Shown here one piece after another: positions 23,501-34,500 of a DNA stretch of 64,000 bases. Each line of letters begins with the position of its first letter. Within the stretch, counting starts at the first letter, position 1. The position numbers and the translations under genes were made by a program. The notes under the pieces were generated by a model, which did not search any database, was not told the DNA's origin, and was given only the letters and a program-made list of their open reading frames with translations. The DNA lies in the NCBI RefSeq assembly GCF_031769215.1, contig NW_026782001.1, forward strand, positions 868,001-932,000, written 5' to 3'. Source of the DNA: Ylistrum balloti. Its lineage: Eukaryota.

Positions 23501-26500
23501 ACAAAAATGTTTGATTTTTCCACTTTATACCAGTAGTAGTAGAAACTATTTATCACATGATGATATTCATGATTATAAAGAACTTAGATCAAAGAAATAA
23601 TGCAGGAAGAATGCTTTCAAGGGAGATAACTGTATAACACAGGTTTCATATTTAGGGAGTTGGACATTTTCCGGGTTTGACATCCTTGAAACAGCAAAAG
23701 TTATGCATTTGGAGCAGTATTTGGCTGAAAACAGCAGGGTAGTTCAGTTGGTTAAATACGGTACTATCAATGTATGATGCCATACAGTTTAGAAATAGCA
23801 TACTGATGATTGATTCAAAACTGCCACAAAAAAGTGTTTATAAAATTAATGCAATACCATGAGATTAAATTAATTCAGAAAATGACATCTGTCACCATAG
23901 GCTTTTGATTCAACTGGATTCTAACAGAAAAGTGATCACTAAATTTTTTTCCTGAAATCTGTTAACAACCCAGTGTTAGAAATTATAACAGCTGAAATCA
24001 CACTGGTATGTGTTTTTGGTGAATGTATACTTCACCACTCGTGTTAATATCAATATTTAGACATGTATACCTGGGTGCAGTATTAAGATACATTGTTATT
24101 TAGACATGTCTTACTTTACTGTTCAGTATTAAGATACATGGTTTTGTAGACATGTCTTACTTTACTGTTCAGTATTTAGATACATTGTTTTGTAGACATG
24201 TCTTACTTTACTGTTCAGTATTAAGATACATGGTTTTGTTGATATGTCTTACTTTACTGTTCAGTATCAAGATACATTGTTTTGTAGAGATGTCTTATTT
24301 TACTGTTCAGTACATGTATTAAAATACATTGTTTTGTAGACATGTCTTACTTTACTGTTCAGTATTAAGATACATTGTTTTGTAGACATGTCTTACTTTA
24401 CTGTTTAGTATTAAGATACATTGTTATTTAGACATGCTGTACTTTACTCTTCAGTACATATAGTAAGATACATTTTTGTATACATCCTACTTTACAGAAT
24501 TAAATTGTTACATTGTTAAGTTGATAAAACTTACTTTACTGTCTATTAAGTAGGTTTTGTAAATAAATCTTACTTTACCATCAAGTATTAAGATACATTG
24601 TTGTAAACAAATCTTACTTGACTTCAGTATTAAGATACAATGTAGCACTGTCCAGGATTAAGATACATTATTGTGAAGACAACAGTCTAATACCTTTCGA
24701 CCTGTGCTGTTAACAACTGCCTTGGGAAGTCAGCATCTGTAGTATTTCACACCAAGGACAATTGACCACGAGTCATGACCTACAGAATTGACCGTCTGTG
24801 GTGTTGGGTAGGGTGTGAGGTAAATTAGTGGTAGGTGACATTAATCTACATTAGGGCTGTTTTCAATAGGGCCTTTTAATTGAGGTGTGGAGAAAGCTTA
24901 GTATCAAATGAGCCACAGTCTTTGGGGACAGGAAAGGCCTACATTATTTATCAGACAATTCACTCCAGACAAATTGGTCTTGTACTACAATCAATGATTC
25001 ACACACTGTGTAGGATAGAAACATAAGGCTTTCTGACAAATAGTTCTTTAATCACCATTACAGTGAGAATTCTTAATTTGGCTTTGTAATTTTGTCACCA
25101 TTTATTCTCCAATGTTTGGAATAGAATAGGTTTGTAACAGGAAGTTTCAATATATGTTTGGTATAACCCTATCTGTATAAGTTCAGTTATAGTCTACCTT
25201 TTCTTTTATACTGTCTTTGTAAAGATTTTCTTTGTGTATTTGAAAAGTTTGAAGATGTGATATATTTGGAAATCATTTCATTTACTTCTTCTAGCAAAGG
25301 CAATAAAAGATAGGAATTTGCTTCAAATGACTTCTTTTTGAACTGTTTATTACTTCCTGATAACTAAATGGGAATTTGTGACGCCCTATGGTGTTACTTG
25401 AATCTACTGAAACCAAATAATGCTTTTGATTTCAATCTCTGAATTTTCTAGCTTCTTGCTTCCAAAAGTGATACTCCCTTAGGCGTGCAGCATCGGGGTT
25501 TATATCGCCTTTCTCATGTCGACCAATTCTCATATTTATCTAAAAGGGAGTCAATAACTAGACGAAATAGATGATGTTACACAGGGTTAAAGTATCAAAT
25601 GGTAAATATACCATATTTATCTGCAAATAAACCCCCTTCTTCATTTTTGCAGTATTATCAATTTCAAGATAGTAAGATAAAAATTATAAGCAAGCAAACC
25701 CTTATCATGCCATTTTAATATTGGAATTTTACACCTTAGGCCGTTGTTTATTTGAGGATAAATTTAATAAGAGTTTAAGTGTCTTTGTTTTGAGGTCATT
25801 GAAACAAATGTCAATACCATACAGAATTTCTTGCTCATATAAAACCACTAGAAAGATCCCTATGTTTCCAAAATACAGGTACTCGTTGGTTAAAGGTCAG
25901 TCCCTCTAAAACTTGACCTTTAACATTCTTTAGCACCATTCTCTGTCAAAATGTCACACACTGCTGTAATTTGTATTTGATGATGGTCTGTAATACCTTT
26001 AAAATGGCTAATTTTGTTCACTTTGAAATTGTGGATATATTTCAACAATTTATGCTTTCAGTGTTAAAAGTTTGATTGGCTTCATCACATTTGGAATAAA
26101 CTTAATTAAGATGTAAAATGCTGCGGTAACCATAATTTAGATATGGACTGTTATTATATAAACTCTTGCACTAACCTTAATTTAGGTAAGTCCTGTTATG
26201 GTAACCATGATTTAAGTATAGACTGTTACGGTTACCTTGATTTAGATATAAACTCTTGCACTAACCTTAATTTAGGTAAGTACTGTTATGGTAACCATGA
26301 TTTAAGTATAGACTGTTACGGTTACCTTGATTTAGATATAAACTCTTGCACTGACCTTAATTTAGGTAAGTACTGTTACGGTAACCTTAATTAAGGTATA
26401 GACTCTGGCACTGACCTTATATTACTTTAATTACAGTCTTGTCTACTTATGTCATTAGAGTACAGGTAATATTGTTAGGATGTTTCTAGTGTACAGGTAA

Positions 26501-29500
26501 TAGTGTTAGGATGTTTCTAGTGTACAGGTAATATTGTTAAGATGTTTCTAGTGTACAGGTAATATTGTTAGGAGGTTTCTAGTGTACAGGTAATAGTGTT
26601 AGGATGTTTCTCGTGTACAGGTAATAGTGTCAGGATGTTTCTAGTGTACAGGTAATAGTGTTAGGATGTTTCTAGTGTACAGGTAATATTGTTAAGATGT
26701 TTCTAATGTACAGGTAATAGTGTTAGGATGTTTCTAGTGTACAGGTAATATTGTTAAGATGTTTCTAGTGTACAGGTAATAGTGTTAGGATGTTTCTAGT
26801 GTACAGGTAATAGTGTTACAATGTTTTCTGCCTGAAATTTTCATCTCCATAAAACAAAGGATAATGACATTTGTTGAATGTGCTGGGAACAGTTTTATAA
26901 TTACTTCCCTACAACCTGTCATTTAATCTGCCTGTATGGATAAAGGTTAGTTAAATGTGATTAAAGTTTATAGAGACTGTTTGAGACTACTTTGCCTTAC
27001 ATTGTGTTAAAATGGGCAATAATATCGATCCTTAAGATATTTATCAGAAACCAGTGTGTAAATCTATACACTGACTTTCAAAGGTATATCACACAAACGG
27101 GTTATATCAGATTTTAATGGTAACTATGCTTTGACACACTGGTTTTCCTTAACCGTTTACTGGCATGGTTGAACTACTTTGTTCACATAACCATCAATTT
27201 TAATCGGAGTTTGGATTTTATCGCTAGTTTGCATGTCAGAGGGTAGTTCCTTGTATCTTTTAGCTGACGTTAGTCCCAGAGCTGACTAATCTCAGAGAAG
27301 ATGTTTTTATCCACCATTGCATCCATTAAAAGTCACCACAAGGAGGTGACACCATAGAAAATATGCCCAAGTCACATAAAATATTTCCCGCTGGGTAGCC
27401 CAACTCTTTAGTGTTTCCAGTGAAAAAAATACATCATTTATAGCTTTCGTTTTTATTTGAAAATCATTACTGGAATCTTGGTTTGAAAAGCCTGGTGTAT
27501 AGATATTGTGTCGTTGATTTCTGTAGTAAATAGGATTACGACTCAGCACAGAAAATATATTTGAATTCTATGTCTCCCCTCCGGTTATTACCATCTGCGG
27601 GAATTACAGAGTTCACCGGTGTGTGCATCGCATGTACATGTATTTTATTGGCTCCCTCTGGTGGTGACTTAGGGCAGGTCACAACAGTGACATTCCTTTA
27701 CATAGCCTGTTCACTGGAGCTCTTTATTGTGATATTCAGAAATCTAGCTAACAGAAGTCTTGTATTACAGATTTTTTCCCCTCTACATACCTGAACGTGG
27801 TGAACAGAAAAATGTAATTTTACTATATTATATCAGCATTATACAAGACAAGAAGACAATAAACATCTTTTGATAGATATGATATTTATATTCTTAGGTC
27901 TTCTACTATTTGATACATTGGTATCAAATTTATAATTCAATATAAGATGAAACAAATTTGATTAAAATGAATTAACATTTTGCATGAATAGAAAATTCGG
28001 ACAAAAGGTAAGAAGTTTCACAGGTATAATATTATACAATGTACAATAATAGATTTTTTAAATTCTTTCCTTGTTTAACATTGTATTTTTTCAGACTTTT
28101 GGAATTCATTAAAGGTGTAGAATGTTTATGAATGGGGTCAGAGATAATTTTATCTGTTAATCTCTCATCTTTTCGTGTAAAAGTAGGGGGATAAAGCAGG
28201 ATATGATTTCTTAGCATCATGTGGTTATTAATGTAATTTACGCTTTGAACAATACCTTCTATACAAACAGTGTGTTAGCTCCATTTAGGTATTTATGTAG
28301 TTGTGCTTTCTTACATAGTGATATCAAAATCAATGTTCATTATAGAAACCAGCTTTTAACAATGCTATCACTCTAGGCGCTGCTTTAGAAAAAATTCAGA
28401 GGACCTGACTAGGTCTCTGAATTTTTTCATATTGATAAAGAGGAAAGATCTGACAACCATAAATTATGTTGAGTCTTGATCAAAGAGACTCCCATATTGA
28501 TATTTAAATTACAATAAACATTTTATTTTGAAGTACAATTAACAAACTGATGCCATCATTGATCACAGATTGTTTGAATATGACCATACGCCGATAATAA
28601 AAAAAGATTGGCAATGATGTTAAATGTAATTTTGTTTATTGATGTGTTTTTTTAAAGATATCATGAATGCTTATATAATCAAATGCAACATGAAGTGCTC
28701 CAGGAGGACAATTAATTACAATTGGTGTCTCGGAAGATAAAAGTGATTCCTTGATTACAATGAAAAATATGAATCACACTTGCATGCATGTACATGGGCT
28801 ATACAGATCTATACAGTATCAGCCCTCATCGTTCCAACCATGCAAGCCGATCATAACTGTTTTAATCACCATCAAATAATGGCATTTTGTCACACATAGT
28901 TTGACATTATATAGACACTCTCAAGGGCAATCTTGCTAGAACGTAATATGCTTTTGTCAGCTATAAGGAACACTTAATTAGGTCAAACCGTACTGATTTA
29001 GCTGAGAAACCTTAAAACTTCTGATCGATATAGTCAGTATTTTGTTATTTTCTTCAGGGGGCTGATTCCCAATGAAATGACAAGAGTGATGAATTTCGTT
29101 GGGCTAATCTAGAAAATGGCTGATTGTATCAGACTGATTTTGTTTAGACATGTCTAATTTCCTTGTGGTGAAGATTATAGATTCCCCCCATGATAATACT
29201 ATCATCTGTAGCAGATTCATGTTGGTCCAGTATGCAGCGGAACAGTTTAGTCATCTCTCCGTAAGGCTGGAGAATATTTGATGTATGTTTGGTAGTATTG
29301 TACACTGTTTTTATGATGGATCATTTCCTCCGATTACAGATTTGTCCCAGCGACAGACTGACTTTAGCAGTGTGGTGTTGGATAGTTTAAACTCATCTAT
29401 TTAGGAAAGGCAGAGGACAAAGCTGGTTGTGTGTTTGATGCATGCCTTTGATTATTACAGGGTGATTTTATTCGATTGAGTAATTTTCTTGTGAATGATT

Positions 29501-31525
29501 AGAGAATAATTTGTTTCTGTTTCAAGAATGCTGGTTCAGTTAAAACGAGAATGAAAATAAAAAAGAGGACGAAAGTTTCAATTCATTTTACTTAATATTC
29601 TTTGATTAAATTGGGCATTTATTGATATATTCAATATTCAATATATGGATATATTCAGACATTAAGAGTCTAACAGGCACCTAAATATTTGCCATTAATA
29701 CTCCGTAATTTGAGAAAAATCAGCTCAATGACATTGTAAGCGGTTGTTATATAACACTATTATGACATCACAGTCGAATGTGTTTTTGTTATTTTCCTTC
29801 ATGGTAGAATAATCAGGCAAAATTGATTGTATTCAGAGTTTGGAGAAAAACCTACAAAAAATTCATCATTCCTATATGTAATTTGATTCTGAAATCTTTA
29901 ATACGATAAGTGCAATAAGATCGGGCACAGACAAAAAACTGGTTGTAAATCTAGAGATCTTAATTCATCAATTGTTTATGATGTTGTTCAGCTGAGTATG
30001 TACCTGTATGTACAGTTGGTATACAGGTAGTCAGGTCTGATGAACTGTTAAGTACACCATATATTGATTTTGTATTTATGTTTCTTAATTTTTTTTGTGA
30101 TTGTTATATCAAAAGCGAAATGAAACAAAAGTTCAACATTCTGATTATAACATTAATGTGTTTAAAAAATACTGTTATTTGATAATTGATTTATAGCCGA
30201 AAGACGTTAGATTGTGAGGTTGAGATTTTCTTTTAACAAGAAAAAAAATAGATAAAATTATACAAATGAAAAATAAAAAACAGAGCAATTTCATTAGGAT
30301 AATGAGATACAGGAGGAAGTTAGAAGTCTTCTATAAATGAATTTAGATTCAGCGATATCTTAAAAATGGCAGCAAACTTTTACTTGATATCAGACTGATC
30401 TGTTCCTATTCATTTCTCAGAACTTTGAGGCAGATTAAATGGCAGTGCACATGTTTGAAACTTTATCATGCCAATTTTTTTATGACAGAGATTGAGTTCT
30501 GTACCAAGACCTCTTCAATCACCGAATGTTTGAGACATGGCAGGATATCTCATGCAATATTCATTGGAAAATTTAACTTTTTGGGATCGAGACAAAAATC
30601 ACTTAAGTGCTATCCCTGGTGTAATTGTTACAAAACCAAAATTGTAAGGGGATCCACAACCATCTCTCATCTGTCATAGCTCTGACAGGATTTCTTTATT
30701 GATTTCTGATTGTAAATCCAATGATAACTTACCTTTTGGAACTAGATTCTCCACAGTCGGAGACCAGTATATTCCATCCTCGATAATGTCTGTTATTGTC
30801 AGCTCATGTTGTACGCTGTCCTTTGAATTACCTTGACGTTTAAGTACAAGGCTGTTTTTATCTGGTACTACCTTATAATGTAAAGGCGGTTTGATAAATC
30901 CACTGAATTTGCCTTTGGATTTACGAAGTTGACTCTTAACTTTGAATTCATTTGTTTCTACTTTTTCATCTTTTAATCCATCATCATAATCATCATCCTC
31001 ATCTTCTTCTTCCTCCGTTTCCTCTATCACAACCTTTTCAATGTCCTCTTCATAATCATATTCTTCACTTTCGTCCCTTCCATTGGTAACATGATCTGTA
31101 TTTTTGCGGTTAGGAAAATGCTTTACTTCAACTTTCATTTCCACATCATTTGTTCTCAGAAAATTAGATCTCCTTTCCGTCAATTTCACAGTTTCCTTTA
31201 AGTTCACATTTTGATAATTTCCATTGAGTTGTAAACCTCGAGGCCTGCTATTACTGACCATTATTTGGCCACTATCTGAATCACTATGAAATTTCTCAAT
31301 TGCGGCTTTTGGTTGACGCTGACTTCTTGCAATGATATGATTTCCGCCTAATTCTATATCTGAATCCATCAGAAGCTCTGAATGGACAACATTTTCAATG
31401 TTATCAACACTATCAGATCGCTGTAGTTGGTTGACCATGATATTTAATGTCAAAACAAAACTTAACAGGAAAAATGTCATTGTAAGTAATAACGTCTTGC
31501 GTTTATGCACTCGTGAAAAATACAT
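17148..31525 (-). CDS. fj: Four-jointed-like Golgi secretory-pathway kinase, joined model of 5 coding exons (1758 nt, 585 aa)
   Basis: Exons of 793+177+181+165+442 nt join in frame through canonical GT-AG sites with matching phases (1,1,2,2). The product has a type II signal anchor plus Fj-family motifs: GIYWS, CGR..N...LEDG..MCARYR, GEVLSFYLSRLLG..VP, QWIP, QW..MILFDYLTGNYDR, LWLIDNESGL. Confidence 0.9.
17996..18160 (-). CDS. fj: fj-like coding exon 4 (catalytic-loop region)
   Basis: Acceptor attttgcag|C at 18161, donor ACAG|GTGTGT at 17995. Encodes RSLVKIPQFILEKYEQKSVINQASIKNSNLTTTQLSQLFQWGGMILFDYLTGNYD. Not present in the ORF track. Confidence 0.9.
18735..18915 (-). CDS. fj: fj-like coding exon 3
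   Basis: Acceptor ttgctacacag|GT at 18916, donor CACG|GTAAAT at 18734. Encodes GEVLSFYLSRLLGLDSVPAVVLSITNQTSPRWLTTNYSKVDWKDGKVVALIQWIPNMESS; this is a different frame from the 18694..18915 track ORF. Confidence 0.9.
19318..19494 (-). CDS. fj: fj-like coding exon 2
   Basis: Acceptor tttgttaacag|GT at 19495, donor CTTG|GTAAGA at 19317. Encodes GHTFQETLDYISSVRDQRVQYLDPPAWDKCGRPKNSFVTLEDGRHMCARYREPHNKMVL. Confidence 0.9.
22500..23276 (+). mobile_element. Non-autonomous Helitron/Helentron-type element with internal satellite-like repeats, in fj intron 1
   Basis: 5' GAGACCTAGGGGCCTAAATGGTCACCTGAG and 3' AAAAGGTCGCCATGAG...CAGGTGATCAAAAA form subterminal inverted repeats plus a 3' hairpin; inserted in an A/T context. 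Internal degenerate repeats with CATGAAATTTACAATTT / CATATAATTTACAAGTTT resemble the oyster Cg170/HindIII satellite as I recall it. Confidence 0.65.
24078..24690. repeat. 46-bp minisatellite, ~8 good plus several decayed copies
   Basis: Unit CAGTATTAAGATACATTGTTTTGTAGACATGTCTTACTTTACTGTT at 24078, 24124, 24170, 24216 and onward. Confidence 0.9.
26121..26420. repeat. 30-bp monomers organised as a 90-bp trimer, ~3 copies
   Basis: Monomers CTGTTATGGTAACCATGATTTAAGTATAGA / CTGTTACGGTTACCTTGATTTAGATATAAA / CTCTTGCACTAACCTTAATTTAGGTAAGTA repeat in order. Confidence 0.9.
26457..26820. repeat. 31-bp minisatellite, ~12 copies
   Basis: Unit AGTGTACAGGTAATAGTGTTAGGATGTTTCT. Confidence 0.95.
30733..31525 (-). 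CDS. fj: fj-like coding exon 1: cytosolic tail, signal anchor, acidic stem and start of kinase region
   Basis: ATG at 31525 with A at -3; hydrophobic LLLTMTFFLLSFVLTLNIMV after the basic HKRK; ends IEDGIYWSPTVENLVPKG at donor AAAG|GTAAGT (30732-30727), phase 1. Confidence 0.85.
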
Positions 31526-34500
31526 TGTTTTTTCTTTTTGTAAACTGATTATAGGATTAAGTCATTTCTTTTTTTCGCACAGAAAATGTCATTTTGCTAC
31601 TGCTATAAATCTATACACACTGGTATGATAAATCTCACAGTTGTTGCACATGTCGTTTCCATGGCTTCCAAACAAGAATTCAAATGAGACCTGCATGCCA
31701 TCAGTATTTTATTTCCATGCATCCTTCACAAATGGAATTGACATTTAGTGTGCGGAATCGCTTTTGATTTTGACATCGGCTGCTGAGTTGGATTTCAGTA
31801 TCAACACCAGATGTAGAATGTATTTCCAATCCACACATTAAAAATCCCAAGTTCTCTTTTAATGTTTTCCGTATATATACCATACAGATTCCAAGTTTTC
31901 TTGATAATCTATTCCATGCTTGGCAAGCAATCATAGGATTTTCTTGAGAGTAGGATATGAGAAACAGATAAACACAGTAGCTGTAACTTGTAACACAACC
32001 TTCTGAGCTACGCAGTGTATTCTATAGATTTACCTGCTGGCTGAGGAAAAAAATCATTGGAGTTGACACGTCACACAGAAACACCTGTGTCTTTACACTG
32101 GCAAGCTAGTCCTGTACTGTGGCTGCTAGGGAATCTGATTCTTGGAGAGCTATTGGATTTCCTTGCCTTTATTCCCCTGTGCTCTCCCTGAGCTCAGTGT
32201 TCACTTGAGTAGCATGTTCAGATTACGGTCTGTTGCCACTCTCGGGAGTTTCCATGAAAAATTCTCCGATAATTTTCTGTGTTGGTTTGCTGGCACTTCC
32301 TTCTGAATGAGTGAGCGCCTTGATAGAGAAGTGTAGACATCAAACATGTAAAAATAAATCTCCACTATAATTAGGTTCTCACTGCTTTTGAATTACACAG
32401 GAGGTTTGTTGACAATGGAAGCCGGCTGTACCAGGGACATTCAACAGTAAGACTCTCTCCTGCAGGTTTTTGTTGACACAGGTTCTGTATAGTATATAGA
32501 ATCAGCCTTCAATGAGTGGTGTTGACTTAGGTTCCAGTTCTGGTCTCCTCAAGACTGGTATATACTTTATTGACTCAGAGCCTGTGTAGTGCTGTACTAC
32601 GTGGACAGTGAATTGAGAGCGCCTGCTGCAAATGTTTACCCTCCCGTGTGACGCAGTCCTTGATCCCCCCACCCTCATTCACACCGTCACACACAGCCAC
32701 TAACAACAGTCAATAGAATTCGACAGCTCGAAGAGGCGAATAAATTAACATTGTCACCGCTGACGCGACAGAGGTGACAGCCCTCTGTGGTCCTGAAATG
32801 ACAACAACTTAACACAATAAAGCCTCAGGAATGGACAAGTCACTTGTCCCGTGGGGTGGGGGTATTTGTTGTTGATGTCCCAAGTAAGTGATAAGTTCGG
32901 GTTTCCTTTTACACTTAATTCTGTCTCCTAGGATCAGGTGGAGTACATATCCCCTGGGGTAGGGCTGGTACAAAGCCTGTAGTCTTGGAAATGATGTTAA
33001 ATCTCCTATTACACTTCCCTTTCACTGGGAGTCTGACGAGAGGTCATTCAACAACTGCTGCTGTTGTTCGTGGGTTCACAACCTGTGTGAGAAAACAAGA
33101 AGGGAATTATATTTAACAAAAAAGTATCATACACTTTTACAGAAATAACTGAAAGTTTAATATTTGGATAATATAATCATACTCTTATCATCATAAAAAC
33201 AAACCTGTTTAGTGTCTCAATGTTAAAGAACAACAAAACAACACATATTTTCAGGTTTTACAAAAATGGGTATGAAAATTGTTTTGTGTTTGAATAAATA
33301 ACAAATCCAGTTTTGATTGGTGTTGGTTTTTGTGAAGAAGCCATGGATTTCAACCCTATGATGAGAGAAGTATGAATGAAAATTCTCTTGAACTAAACTG
33401 CATGTTTTTATCGTTTAGATGGGGGATGAGAAACTATGAACTACTATCAATATTCCATTTTCCTTTTGTTCAGCAACATATTGGTTGTAAATGAATTAGA
33501 CAATGGTGTCGTTGCACCCTGGATGTATTTAGTGATAAAAGAGGAAAGTTTGGCTTCAACATAGACTATTTATATAACAAAATTGCTATTAAGTTCAAAG
33601 AGAGATATGTCAGATATTTTTGTTCATTAAAATATTTACCCGGAGGAAGTTGCAAATATGTTTCATTGGATAAGGTAATATTGAGTAGAGGAAAAATCAA
33701 TTCTTTTAATAGGTTGTGTGAGTTATAATTCAATATTCTCAATGAAGTTCTACATGGAGTGTAGCACTTATTAGATTAAACAGAGTATGTGTGTAACTTG
33801 TAATAAATCAGGTTATCATTTAATGGATGATATGTAGGAAGCAGACGGCAACATCTACAACATATATTATTGTTGCTACAGTGATCACATACTGAATTAA
33901 AATCTAATTTACAGCAGAACATTTAGGACTTAGAGGTATTAGTATGAAGTGTTTCACCAAGCCTGTTCTGATAACATTCACCAACTCCAGAATTCTCCCC
34001 AGGCGAAGATGTCTCCGGGGGAAATACACGTTATAGTGAGAGAGGAGACGAAATGGTGATCCTATCGTCCTGCTACTTATTTAACTTTCAAATACGGCAA
34101 CACATTAGATATACAATATCAGGAATTTAAATATGAATAGGATTACTGTACTGAACCTTTATCTTCACTATTATAATAGCTAATCATTGAAGATGGCATG
34201 CTTGCCGGTAGACATTTTAAGTGAAATCTTACATATTCTCATATCACATTTTGAAATTCTGTTTGTCATAGAAAACCTTGCCTTTGATCGAACCCGCTCC
34301 CTTTTGATATGAATTCAACTAGTTCCAATATTTGATGCAGACTATTCCATGTTACGATATAGGTGTGACATGTTATCAATTTGATTGCATGCCAAAAGAC
34401 AATCTTGCATGCTGTGTTGGACGCCTGGTCTCGGGTCTGCTAACCAATATGAGGATAGGATGATTTCTGTATTGGTTTTTGTGTTCCGTAATTGGATTGG

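Noticed and set aside
31900-33000. STAT (TTCCATGAA) and TEAD (GGAATG) sites fitting known fj regulation
   Set aside because: Single short matches are expected by chance; no clustering.
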